Shown in pieces: positions 47,797-58,194 of a stretch of DNA of 64,000 bases. The translations under genes and the position numbers were made by a program. The stretch is taken from positions 512,001 to 576,000 of the forward strand of contig CAWBMP010000005.1 in assembly GCA_963790025.1 (NCBI GenBank). The letters run 5' to 3'. The DNA comes from Nitrospirota bacterium. Its GTDB lineage: Bacteria > Nitrospirota > Thermodesulfovibrionia > Thermodesulfovibrionales > Dissulfurispiraceae. Numbering within the stretch: the first letter of the stretch is position 1; every line of letters begins with the position of its first letter. The notes below the pieces were generated by a model. The model searched no databases and was not told the origin of the DNA. It saw nothing but the letters and a program-made list of their open reading frames with translations.

Positions 47797-50517
47797 ATGC
47801 CTGAAACACAAGACACGGGGTCCCCGCAAAGTCGAAGACTTTCTGGGGTGCAAGAGAGCCGGCAGTATAAATACAGACGCGGGAATTTCGGCCCTCTGCC
47901 GGTTACCCTCCATCACCTGACCATATATATCAATTTTGCCGGCGAGGCTGTTGAGGTTACCAACTGCCTCGCAATGACTGCTAAACATGATCTTGATGAG
48001 ATCGCACTCGATGCCTGCAGCCTTGAAATTATCGACATTGAATTTTGCGGTAGTCCTGAAGACAGCCGCGGAATTTCACTTGCCTATGAATACCTTCGTG
48101 AAATAAATAAGCTGATACTGAAACTGCCTCGCAAGATAAGCAGCGGCGAGAGGTTCTTTGTCAGGACCTCTACCCGCTGTTTCCCTTCTGACCATATACT
48201 CGAAGGTATTTACAAAGACGCAACACCTCCGGCTGCACCGCAGCAGTATGTTTCTCAATGCCAGCAGTGGGGGTTTCAGCGGATCATGCCCATTTTTGAT
48301 GACTGCCGTGCAAAATGCACTATGACTACCACAATAGATGCTGACAGTGCATATACCCATCTCATAAGCAATGGCAATGTCAGCCGCAGTCTCAACCCCG
48401 AAGGAAGGCCGGTGCCGAAAGAGGGTTCTCCCGGCAGGCAGGTCATCACCTTTGACAATTCGCTGCCCATGGCCCCCTATTTGTTTTTAGTGTGTGCCGG
48501 CACCTGGGACACTCTGTCAGATACGGTGACCTATCCGTCAGGCCGGACGGTCCGGCTTGAGTATCTGGTACCCCCAGGTACTGTCGATGAAGTCCGCATC
48601 CCGATGGAGATACTTAAAGCATCTGTCCTCTGGATAAAAAAAACACAGGATTATGAATATACCGGAGACACCTACCGGACGATCTGCATGACTAAATCCA
48701 ATTTCGGCGGGATGGAGAATACCGGCAATACAACAATAGTTACCGATGCCGCGCTTATTAATGAGCATACAATGGATAGCGGACTGCTGTATGCGCATGC
48801 GGTAATTGTCCACGAGTTCGAGCACAACCAGTGCGGCAGCGAGACGACCATGGATACGCCGTTCGATGTCTGGCTTAACGAAGCATATACCGTAGACGTT
48901 GAGCGCCAGTTCATGGCCGATACCTTTGAGCCGTCTTTCATCCGCCTCTTTCAGGTGGACAGCATTCGCAATCCCCTTCTGGGGCCGCTTGCCATCGAGG
49001 ATGCCGGACATGCCGGCCGTATCGTACGTGAAGGGTTCAATGACCCTGATGAGCTGATTGACGGTGTTACCTATGTAAAGGCTGCGGAGGTCATCAGGAT
49101 GCTCCGTCTCATTATCGGCCCCGACAATTTTCGTGATGGCAAAAAACTGTACTTCTCGCGCTACCATAACGGGAATGCAACGACCGATCAGTTTTTCGAG
49201 TGTTTCGAAGAGGCCTCGGGTATCCCGCTTGAACAGTTTAAGAAGGAGTGGCTCTATACAGTCGGCTATCCGGGGGTGATCGCATCAACTCATTATGAAG
49301 GTGCGTCGGGAAAATACAGGATTGCCTTCCATCAGGAAGTGAAACCCGGACAATCGCCGTTCCATATACCGATAGTCCTCGCGCTGGTGGATAAAAACGG
49401 GCATGACATCAAGGAAACTGCGAGGGTTTTTCAGCTCAGGGAGCATGATGCAGAGCTGGTTTTTGAAAACATTACGGAGGCCCCGGCCTTTGCTTCTATG
49501 AACCGCGATTATTCATTTTACGGAACTTTTCAACACCGGAACGCAACCCCGGAGTCAAGGTCTTTACAGGTGCACCTGGACCCTAACTCCTATAACCGGG
49601 TTGATGCCATGCGTCAGCTGACCGATTATGAAAGGATCAAGCTTCTGCTGAATCCTGAAGATACGATTAGCCCGCACTGGCTGTCGCTCTACGGAGCAAT
49701 CCTTTCGGACCGGAGTATGCCTGCCTCGCTGAAGGCATATTTTTTGAGAATAGACGAGCAGCCGATTGACCGTGCGTATGCTGCGTGGTATCAGGAATTG
49801 GTTGCCGCGCGTGAAAAACTGATGCTGGCTGTGAACCGCCGCTATAGGGACGCGCTGCTGAAATTGTTCATCGAGCTGGACACATACTCAATGTCGAAAC
49901 GGCAGTCCCCCAAAGACGGCATAGAAGACCGCATGCTGAAGAACATCCTGCTGGACCTTATCGTGGTTGACGATTCCCCTGAAAGCCACGCGGTAGTGCT
50001 TGATCACTTCAAAGCGGCCACGACCGCGGCGGACAGAGTAGCTGCCCTACTTGCCCTTAACCGCAGTTCGGCGCCCCAGAGGCTAACGCTGCTTGAAGAG
50101 GTGTATGCAAACTGGCATGCCCATCTAAGCGGGTATGCCAATTATCTTCGCATTGTGGGGAGCGGAACGAGAGAGGATGTCTTTGAAATGATAGAGGCTG
50201 AAAAAAAGCGTCCAGGTTTCGATATTACACAGCCTACATGGAGCAGGGCACTTTTCATGTCCATGGCGGCCAATAACAAAATGGTGTGGACCGGGCGGGG
50301 AATCAGATGGGTCGCAGATACCGTTATAGAACTTGCTCCGATCAATGCGACAACTACAGGACGCCTGCTTAATACCTTTCAGCATGTGCGGCTGTTGAAA
50401 CCGGCTTTGCAGGAAAACGTGCTGGAAGAGCTAAAGCGCATAGTCCTGAGCGTTCCTGAAAAAGTCAGTCCGCCAATTTACGGACAGGCCAGCGCCTATT
50501 TGAATAACCCCTCCTAA
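47797..50517 (+). CDS. pepN: M1 family aminopeptidase N
   Basis: GGMEN, HEFEH-18x-E. Confidence 0.9.
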   Translation: MPETQDTGSPQSRRLSGVQESRQYKYRRGNFGPLPVTLHHLTIYINFAGEAVEVTNCLAMTAKHDLDEIALDACSLEIIDIEFCGSPEDSRGISLAYEYLREINKLILKLPRKISSGERFFVRTSTRCFPSDHILEGIYKDATPPAAPQQYVSQCQQWGFQRIMPIFDDCRAKCTMTTTIDADSAYTHLISNGNVSRSLNPEGRPVPKEGSPGRQVITFDNSLPMAPYLFLVCAGTWDTLSDTVTYPSGRTVRLEYLVPPGTVDEVRIPMEILKASVLWIKKTQDYEYTGDTYRTICMTKSNFGGMENTGNTTIVTDAALINEHTMDSGLLYAHAVIVHEFEHNQCGSETTMDTPFDVWLNEAYTVDVERQFMADTFEPSFIRLFQVDSIRNPLLGPLAIEDAGHAGRIVREGFNDPDELIDGVTYVKAAEVIRMLRLIIGPDNFRDGKKLYFSRYHNGNATTDQFFECFEEASGIPLEQFKKEWLYTVGYPGVIASTHYEGASGKYRIAFHQEVKPGQSPFHIPIVLALVDKNGHDIKETARVFQLREHDAELVFENITEAPAFASMNRDYSFYGTFQHRNATPESRSLQVHLDPNSYNRVDAMRQLTDYERIKLLLNPEDTISPHWLSLYGAILSDRSMPASLKAYFLRIDEQPIDRAYAAWYQELVAAREKLMLAVNRRYRDALLKLFIELDTYSMSKRQSPKDGIEDRMLKNILLDLIVVDDSPESHAVVLDHFKAATTAADRVAALLALNRSSAPQRLTLLEEVYANWHAHLSGYANYLRIVGSGTREDVFEMIEAEKKRPGFDITQPTWSRALFMSMAANNKMVWTGRGIRWVADTVIELAPINATTTGRLLNTFQHVRLLKPALQENVLEELKRIVLSVPEKVSPPIYGQASAYLNNPS

Positions 50518-50640
50518 CCTCCCCAACCTTACCCCTAAAAGTCTTCGACTTTCCGGGGACCCGTTCGATACTTCAAGGGGAGGAATAAAAAAAGAGGTTC
50601 CCCCTCTTAAGTGTAGGGTGCAGGGTGAGGGGGAGTTATG
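50505..50640. repeat. REP-like palindromic intergenic element, copy A
   Basis: C-rich/G-rich arms, AAAAAAGAGGTTCCCCCTCTT core, internal CCCC-AAAAGTCTTCGACTT-CGGGG module. Confidence 0.7.
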
Positions 50641-50938
50641 AATACAACATAAAATGCTCCATTGCTGAAGTAGCGGAGAGGATCTTTTTCCAGTACTCAG
50701 AAGCGCTGGTGAGTCAGCCCAAGGAGTAAGATCGGAAATGGTTGTCCGTAGATTACGAAGTTCTTCTAAAAATCGATATTGTCAATAATTTTAAACTAAT
50801 CAACAGTGACGCAGGAAATTCACATAACTCAATCAGTGTCATGCACTGACAGATTATTACGATAATTTATGTTGCCGGGTGAAGATATCGTTTTTTTATG
50901 ACATCGTCCAGCTTTTGGCGGCTCATCCGTTATAAAAC

Positions 50939-51335
50939 TCATCCCTGCTTTTGGGAACAGCGACCTTCTTTTTTCAATGCCACTCCCTTGTTTACAACCT
51001 CCAGGAGCAATTCAGGCGAAAACGGTTTTGGCAGGTAATTTATTATCCTCAAATTCAGGGACTCTTTTATGCTTTCCTGGGAAAGATGCCCTGTTATAAG
51101 CACAATATTGATATCCTGGTCCTTGGTCCGCACCTGTTTAATAAATTCCAGGCCGTTCATTCCCGGCAGCTTCAGATACCGTAATTATAAGATCATAGGT
51201 GCTTTTATAGAGCAAGTCAATGGCTTCTTCCGCCGAAGTTGCCGTTTTTACTTCGTAACCATCCGAACTGAGTACCCTCTTACAGCTCTTGAGTATAATT
51301 TGTTCATCATCCACCACGAGGATGTTGCCCTTCAT
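50939..51335 (-). pseudogene. frameshifted single-domain response regulator
   Basis: MKGNILVVDDE..DLIIT joins LKLPGMNGLEF..PKPF if one base near 51178 is removed. Confidence 0.8.
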
Positions 51336-51483
51336 CCTGAATCCTCCTTATGCCGGAACCAAATGATTTTGCAAAGCACAGGGTTAATTTCCATCATCCT
51401 AAGGTTTTTTTTAGCCTATCTCACTTCCTTTCCTCCGAGGCGGCGGCTGGCTGGTGGGTCTGTGATCTCTGTTTGTGTGCACA

Positions 51484-52386
51484 CTATATCATGTTATTGG
51501 CGTTGTCTTTCGCCACATCCTGGGTGGTTACCACTTTCTCTGTGGATGTCAGCATGCCTTCGACCATTTCTCCATACGAATCGAGTACAGAGTTGATATC
51601 GATGGCAAGCTGACCTATTTCATCCTGCCCTTTTATATTGAGCCTTCCTTTAATATTTCCCTTTCTGACTGACAATGCCAAGTGCTGAATCATTTTGCAG
51701 TAATCTTTGACAGGTCCGGTTATGAATTTGTCGCCCAAAATAATGGTGATAGCCAGCATGATGACGGAAACGACTATCATCGTAATTCCGATCCCATAGA
51801 AGGTTTCTGTTACTGTCCGCGTGACATCGTCAATATAGATTCCTGACCCGATTACCCAACCCCAAGGCTTATAGATGTTGACAAACGATAATTTGGGTTT
51901 AGGTTCCGACTCCCCCGGCTTGGGCCACAAATATTCGACAAAACCATGCCCTTTGTCTTTGGCGACCCTGGCAAACTCCACAAAGATGGCTTTGCCTCTG
52001 GGGTCTCTGTAGTCGGAAAGGTTCTTGCCGTCGAGTTCGGGCTTCATCGGATGCATTATCATTCTTGGCTCGATGTCGTTAATCCATACGTACCCCTTGC
52101 CGTCATTCTCGTATCTGAAATTCCTGATCCTTTCTATGGCCCTCCGTTTTCCCTCTTCAGGCGTAAACTCCCCTTTTGCAATGCGTTTGTCGTACTCAGC
52201 CACGATGCTGCACGCGATCCTTACAACATTTGCCGCATTCTCTTTCTTAACTTCCATGAGCTTCTTGTACGTCATCGGCAACACATACGAAAATACCCCG
52301 ATCATCACGAAACTAACAGCAAGCATCGGAAAAATAGAAATCTTCCAAAACATCGGCAGATTTATGAACCTTAGTTGAACTTTCAT
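51484..52386 (-). pseudogene. truncated chemoreceptor (single Cache + HAMP, no signalling domain)
   Basis: YVWIND..MIMHP..KLSFV..WGWVIGSGIY, HAMP DEIGQL; reading past the stop gives an MCP-like QTHQPAAASEE remnant. Confidence 0.7.
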
Positions 52387-52902
52387 AATATGCTCCCTGT
52401 GCTTTTGATTTATCTTTGACTGCAGTTTATCCGGCCGCCATGACTTCTTCTTGAAACAAATGAAAACTCTAATATTACAATAACCAAACTGACTATAACT
52501 TTAAGAAAAGTGTGCTGTCAATAACACGTAACGAGAATGTCAAATTAAATTTTCTTATGGATAAATATAGAGCACACTTCATACCAGGGGACGGGGTAGG
52601 TGGGGACTTTCAAAAGTGCTGAACTAGTGCTGATTTTCGCAGTAATCTGATGGTATCCGATCAGTCTGCACCACAAGGATAATTTCTTGTAACCAGGAAG
52701 ACAAACCTTTTAATAATTTACTCATGTTTTACCCTGATGGCCTTTGCTCCGTAATATCAGGATATGACTATAGACTGGAAAAAATCATCCCGGAATGTGC
52801 AGGCTTGGATACAAAAAAGCGAGGATTGTACTATCCTAACTTACCATACCGCCAACTATCAGTTCAGTGAACTCGTTCGCTTGCGGTGGTTTGCCAGCTG
52901 TT

Positions 52903-54000
52903 TCATTTTGGAATAGTAAGAATAAAATTAGGGTGGCCGTCCCAGGTATTCTCATGCCACATGTTTCCACCGTGCTTTATAATAATATCCCTGCTAATCG
53001 CAAGACCAAGGCCTGTACTATCCTTACTCTCGAACCTTTCAAAGATTTTAGCTCTCTTTTCTTCCTGGATAGGCGGGCCGCTGTTATAAACGTTTAGTCT
53101 ATAGTGGTCTCCCTTGTCTTCGAAGCCAAATGCGATGTACCCTGAAGCAGCGTACTTTATTGCGTTTCGGATAAGATTTCTGTATACGATTCTTATCCAT
53201 CGGGCATTTGCTTTTATAATGATTCTGTTACTTGGAATTGCCCCCAGACGATTGTCTATTCTTATCTTATTTTCTTCTATTTCCGATAAATATTCATCAA
53301 GGATAGGATCAATAATATCCTGCCGCAGATCACAAAATTCCTTCTCCGGCATCTTTATGTTCATCACGGCGGATTTACAAAGGTATTCGCTTAACAGTCT
53401 TTGGAGGCTGACTATTCTGGCAGAAACATCTAAAAGAGTCACTTTGACGCTTTCGTCAATCGAACCGAAAGCCCCCCTAATAACGAGTTTTATCATGCTC
53501 CCGATGGAAATCAAAGGGCTCCTGATATCATGAGTAGCTATGCTCAGCATATTAAGAATATGTTTTTCGTTTTCGACTCTCTCAGTGACATCCCTGCACA
53601 CGCCTATGATACCGACTATTTCCCCTTTACTATTCTCCCAAGGGGACTTGCTGACCGAAATCCAGATTTCCTTTCCGTTATGAGATGGCCTTTTTTCTAT
53701 TTTATCTTTAATAGGTGCCCTTGTTTCCATTACCTGTCTGTCCTCAAGGGAGACCTCTTCTGCCAGGTTTTGTGGTAAAAAGTCATATTCTGTTTTGCCT
53801 ATAATGTCACTAATTGCGGCATTTAGATATACAGAGCAAGTGTTACTTACTGAAACAAATCTCCCATGGACATCTTTGAAATAGACAAAATCAGGGAAGC
53901 CTTGCATAAGCGCTTTTATCATTTGAGCCCACGCATTATCTTTTTCATTCAGTGAATAGACGGTTTCATCATGGAAGGGATTATTACAGTCTAAAGACAT
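52903..54000 (-). CDS. PAS-domain sensor histidine kinase
   Basis: PAS (YFKD..GKT), THDIRSPL, NLIRNAIKY, GLGL. Confidence 0.9.
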   Translation of the reverse strand: MSLDCNNPFHDETVYSLNEKDNAWAQMIKALMQGFPDFVYFKDVHGRFVSVSNTCSVYLNAAISDIIGKTEYDFLPQNLAEEVSLEDRQVMETRAPIKDKIEKRPSHNGKEIWISVSKSPWENSKGEIVGIIGVCRDVTERVENEKHILNMLSIATHDIRSPLISIGSMIKLVIRGAFGSIDESVKVTLLDVSARIVSLQRLLSEYLCKSAVMNIKMPEKEFCDLRQDIIDPILDEYLSEIEENKIRIDNRLGAIPSNRIIIKANARWIRIVYRNLIRNAIKYAASGYIAFGFEDKGDHYRLNVYNSGPPIQEEKRAKIFERFESKDSTGLGLAISRDIIIKHGGNMWHENTWDGHPNFILTIPK

Positions 54001-54314
54001 GAAACATTATATCATAATATAAAATTGTTTCCAGAAATTATTATCATTATCTTAGCAAATGATACCACATTGATATTTCATCGTCAGTTTCCACATAATT
54101 TGCGAGATTCATAAATTATACGGAAGCAGCATAATTCATAACTTTGTTATACTTGCCCCGCCTATAAGTACTTCCTTCCGGACGTGAATCAGGAAGTACC
54201 CGAGAATATAATCTCGGCAAATTCTTTTGATAATTTGTATTTTTTGTTGTGCTCCGGTTATGAATATTTGCAGGTGTTATTCGCAGGCTGAATATCTTGC
54301 ATTGAGGAACAGGG

Positions 54315-54442
54315 AACCCCTCCCATCCTCGCCTCACCTCAAGGGAAGGGACAATAAAAAACAGAGGTCCCCCCTCTTGAAGGCGTGGCCCCCGATAAGT
54401 CGAAGACTTTTTGGGGTGCTGGTTGAGGGGGTGGGGGAGTTA
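54315..54442. repeat. REP-like palindromic intergenic element, copy B
   Basis: Shares AAAAAACAGAGGTCCCCCCTCTT and the reverse-complemented AAGTCGAAGACTTTT module with copy A. Confidence 0.7.
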
Positions 54443-56203
54443 CTCTTTGACCTTTTTCATGAAGTCGACCCATATGGGGAGCGCGGCCTCGGAACCTGAT
54501 TCTACATAGCCTATTGAGGTATGATCGTCTCTTCCGATCCATACGCCCACTGCCAGACGGTCATCGAAGCCGATGAACCATGCATCCGAATAATCATTGG
54601 TGGATCCTGTCTTGCCATAGACAGCACGGTTTATTGAAAGCGCATCTCGCGCTGTGCCGGTTTCAATCACCGCCCGCAAAAGCTCTCTCATGTTTTTAAC
54701 GAGGGGGGGGTCAAAGACATCCGTTTTAGACGGAACAGTTTTTTCGACGACATTGGCGTCTTTGTCTGCAATTGTAGTATATGGGAGGGGCCCCATTCTT
54801 TTGCCGGTCGCAAGGGTGACATAGGACGCAGTAAGGTCTAACAGCGTCACCTCACATGAACCGAGGGCAATAGACGGGTGCGGACGCAGCGGGGTACGTA
54901 TGCCGCAGCGCGCAGCGGTTTCACAGATATTTTTTAAACCTACATTCTGTGCGAGGCGAGCGGTTGCAGCATTAAGGGAAAGGGAGATAGCTGTTTTGAG
55001 CGAAACATCGCCATAATACATCCCACGATCGTTCTTCGGTGACCATACGGTCCCGGTTTCCGGGTCCTGGATGCTGATCGGCTCGTCAAGAATTCGGTCG
55101 CTGCCGGACATGCCCTGTTGCAGCGCTACTGCGTAAACAAACGGTTTGAACGCAGAGCCCGGCTGTCTCAATGCCATTGTGGCACGATTGAATTGAGATA
55201 GCCGGAAGTCCGTACCTCCCACCATCGCCTTGATATGTCCTGTTACCGTATCAATGGCGACGAGTGCTCCCTGAATTCCCGGTTTGGTCCGCAGTTCCAC
55301 CTGGCGAACTCCCTTCTTTAATACCTGTTCTGAAAGTTGCTGCATTGTTGCATCAATTGTAGAGTATATACGGAGCCCTCCGGTATAGAGCCTGTCGCCG
55401 TATTTTTTGCCGAGCTGCTGCTTGATAAATTCCATGAAATAAGGGGCCTCGTACTGGCGGTTGAAGTAAGTCTGTGCGGGGAGCGGCCAGGCAAGCGCCT
55501 TACTGTATTCTTCGTATGTTATGAATCGGCCGGACAGCATTTCATCAAGTACGATCTTTCTGCGAGCAGCGGCTTTTTCGGGGTTCTTGATCGGAGAGTA
55601 AGTATTGGGCGCTTTTTGCAATGCGGCAAGCAATGCAGATTCGGCAATCGAGAGTTCTTCGGTGGATTTGTTAAAGTAGGTCCTGGCAGCGGCCTCAATG
55701 CCGTAATTTCTCTCCCCGAAGTAAGCCAGATTAAGATACATGCCCATTATCTCATTCTTTGTGTATTTCGATTCAAGATAAACCGTTATAAACATCTCTT
55801 TCAGCTTTCTGGAGAAGTTCCTTTCAGGATCTTTTAACAGCATCTTGGCGAGCTGTTGGGTAATGGTGCTGCCACCCTCTACGACGGCATGCGCTGCGAT
55901 ATCTCTGTTCAAGGCACGCATTATTCCCCTGATATCAAATCCCCTGTGAGAATAAAACTTGCGGTCCTCTATGGCAATGAAAGCGTTTTTCACGCGGTCG
56001 GGAATTCTGCCAGGCGGTATATAATACCGCCGTTCCCTGTAGAATTCGGCAAGTGGACGGCCGTCGTCTGAAAACACGAGGACCGCATAATTATTGCTTG
56101 ATGAAATATCGGGAAGGCAGCTAAATCCGTAAACCAGGAGACCGGTAAAAAGAACGGCACATATAGCCAGCGCAATGAAAAGGCGCGATTTGAAATTTAT
56201 CAT
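54440..56203 (-). CDS. class A penicillin-binding protein (PBP1A family)
   Basis: EDRKF, GGSTITQQL, RKLKE, SAFK, SLN, KTG. Confidence 0.93.
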   Translation of the reverse strand: MINFKSRLFIALAICAVLFTGLLVYGFSCLPDISSSNNYAVLVFSDDGRPLAEFYRERRYYIPPGRIPDRVKNAFIAIEDRKFYSHRGFDIRGIMRALNRDIAAHAVVEGGSTITQQLAKMLLKDPERNFSRKLKEMFITVYLESKYTKNEIMGMYLNLAYFGERNYGIEAAARTYFNKSTEELSIAESALLAALQKAPNTYSPIKNPEKAAARRKIVLDEMLSGRFITYEEYSKALAWPLPAQTYFNRQYEAPYFMEFIKQQLGKKYGDRLYTGGLRIYSTIDATMQQLSEQVLKKGVRQVELRTKPGIQGALVAIDTVTGHIKAMVGGTDFRLSQFNRATMALRQPGSAFKPFVYAVALQQGMSGSDRILDEPISIQDPETGTVWSPKNDRGMYYGDVSLKTAISLSLNAATARLAQNVGLKNICETAARCGIRTPLRPHPSIALGSCEVTLLDLTASYVTLATGKRMGPLPYTTIADKDANVVEKTVPSKTDVFDPPLVKNMRELLRAVIETGTARDALSINRAVYGKTGSTNDYSDAWFIGFDDRLAVGVWIGRDDHTSIGYVESGSEAALPIWVDFMKKVKE

Positions 56204-56356
56204 AATCCTAATTTTAACCCAATCATAGCAAAATGGAATAAAAAAACAACCGAGCACTCAAATCGCGTATGGGTTGCGTGTTGAGTGCTTGGCGTTGACA
56301 ATATAGTCGTGTTCAATTTAAATTACCTGTTATATTGTAGCTGAGCAGGAGGAAAC

Positions 56357-57565
56357 GTGTCAGACAAAATCAGAGTAAAAAATCCCCTGGTTGAAATGGA
56401 TGGCGACGAGATGACCAGGATTATCTGGCGTCTTATAAAAGAAAAACTTATACAGCCTTTTTTAGATATTGACTTGCGCTATTATGACCTCGGCATTCGG
56501 CACAGGGATGAGACTGAAGACAGGGTCACGGTTGAAGCGGCCAATGCTATCAAGGAGTTCGGCGTAGGCGTCAAGTGTGCTACAATTACTCCCAATGCAG
56601 CACGTGTGAAGGAGTACGGTCTCAAAAAGCAGTGGAAAAGTCCGAACGGAACGATCCGTTCCATCCTCGACGGAACTGTATTCAGAAAGCCGATTATTCT
56701 GAAAAACATCCCGCCTGCCGTGCGCAATTGGAGGAAGCCGATCGTAATCGGGCGTCACGCCTACGGAGATATTTATAAAAACACCGAATTCATCGTTGAG
56801 GAGCCGGGAACTGCCGAACTCGTTTTTAACCCTGCTGGAGGCGGTGAGAAGATAGTGCTCAAGATCCACGATTTCGAAGGGCGGGGCGTAGTGATGGGGA
56901 TCCACAATACTGAATTATCAATCAGGAGTTTTGCACGGTCGTGCATAAACTACGCGCTCGGCGAAAAGCTGGACATATGGTTCGGATCAAAGGACACTAT
57001 ATCAAAACGGTATCATGGTTTTTTCAGGGACCTTTTTGCCGATGAAGTGGAAAAAGCCGGTGACAGACTAAAGCAGGCAGGTATACAATACCGCTATCTC
57101 CTCATTGATGATGCAGTCGCCCAGGTGATAAAGTCCGACGGCGGCATGCTGTGGGCTTGCATGAATTATGACGGCGATGTAATGTCGGATATGGTGGCGA
57201 CAGGCTTTGGAAGCCTCGGGCTCATGACATCGGTGCTCGTTTCTCCCGACGGAAAATTCGAGTTTGAAGCGGCCCATGGCACAGTTGTGAGGCATTACTA
57301 CGCGCACCTCACAGGCAAGCCCACTTCAACAAATTCTATTGCGTCTATTTTTGCGTGGACAGGAGCGCTCGCAAAACGGGGTGAGCTTGACGGTACTCCT
57401 GATGTGGCCGGCTTTGCTCATAAGCTGGAGCGTACCGTTATTGAAACAGCCGAAAGCGGGATTATGACGAAGGACCTGATGCTTATAGCAGATCCGCCTG
57501 TTGCCGAATACGCCCTTACAGGGGAGTTCATAGATGCCGTAGCGGAAAGACTAAAAATAAGGTAA
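56357..57565 (+). CDS. icd: NADP-dependent isocitrate dehydrogenase
   Basis: [40 protein letters not shown]. Confidence 0.96.
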   Translation: MSDKIRVKNPLVEMDGDEMTRIIWRLIKEKLIQPFLDIDLRYYDLGIRHRDETEDRVTVEAANAIKEFGVGVKCATITPNAARVKEYGLKKQWKSPNGTIRSILDGTVFRKPIILKNIPPAVRNWRKPIVIGRHAYGDIYKNTEFIVEEPGTAELVFNPAGGGEKIVLKIHDFEGRGVVMGIHNTELSIRSFARSCINYALGEKLDIWFGSKDTISKRYHGFFRDLFADEVEKAGDRLKQAGIQYRYLLIDDAVAQVIKSDGGMLWACMNYDGDVMSDMVATGFGSLGLMTSVLVSPDGKFEFEAAHGTVVRHYYAHLTGKPTSTNSIASIFAWTGALAKRGELDGTPDVAGFAHKLERTVIETAESGIMTKDLMLIADPPVAEYALTGEFIDAVAERLKIR

Positions 57566-57704
57566 AGGTAGAGGCAAAGGCAAAGGTAAGAAATAATTGA
57601 AATATTGAGGGTCTTGCAAAAGTCTATGTATTATTATAGAGGTCTTTATCGGGAATCCATTTATTCAAAAAATAATCCCTTCCGTTGTCTTTTTTACTTA
57701 ACCT

Positions 57705-57971
57705 TTATCTCTGCCTTTGCCTGTCTTCTTTGTTTTCTTCCAGTTTCCGGAGCAGGTCTTTCTTTTTGATTCTTCCCCACAGGTAGGTGCCGTCTTTGAA
57801 TTCGAATACAGGAATATCGAACCGGTATAACTCATAAAGTTCGTCGCTTGAGGTGATGTCGATGCTGCGCACCTCTATATCATATTGCTCCCTGAGTCCG
57901 TTGAGTGTTTCCTGCGCTGCATCGCACAGACAGCAGCCTTCTTTATAATAAAATGTCAACCTGACCATCAC
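57705..57971 (-). CDS. glutaredoxin-like (DUF836) protein
   Basis: KEGCCLCD, YRFDIPV. Confidence 0.8.
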   Translation of the reverse strand: MMVRLTFYYKEGCCLCDAAQETLNGLREQYDIEVRSIDITSSDELYELYRFDIPVFEFKDGTYLWGRIKKKDLLRKLEENKEDRQRQR

Positions 57972-58194
57972 TGGGCCTCTCGTGGATGCGCGCCGAATCT
58001 AAGACAGCCATTTCGCTTTATGGATACCCCCGACAAAAGTCTCGACACTATTTTACACCAATTGAAGTAATAGGCCGCCCGTTCTGTTGCAAAATCGCCC
58101 CCGTGTTATAAGGAATGCGGCCATGGCTGTTGAAAAACGGCTGACGCTGAGATATACTATATGATTACGGATTTAATAGTGGAGGCTTGAAAAG

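Noticed and set aside
52387..52902. Long intergenic stretch checked for a riboswitch, sRNA or small ORF
   Set aside because: No recognisable motif or RBS-supported ORF by eye; an Rfam search would be needed.
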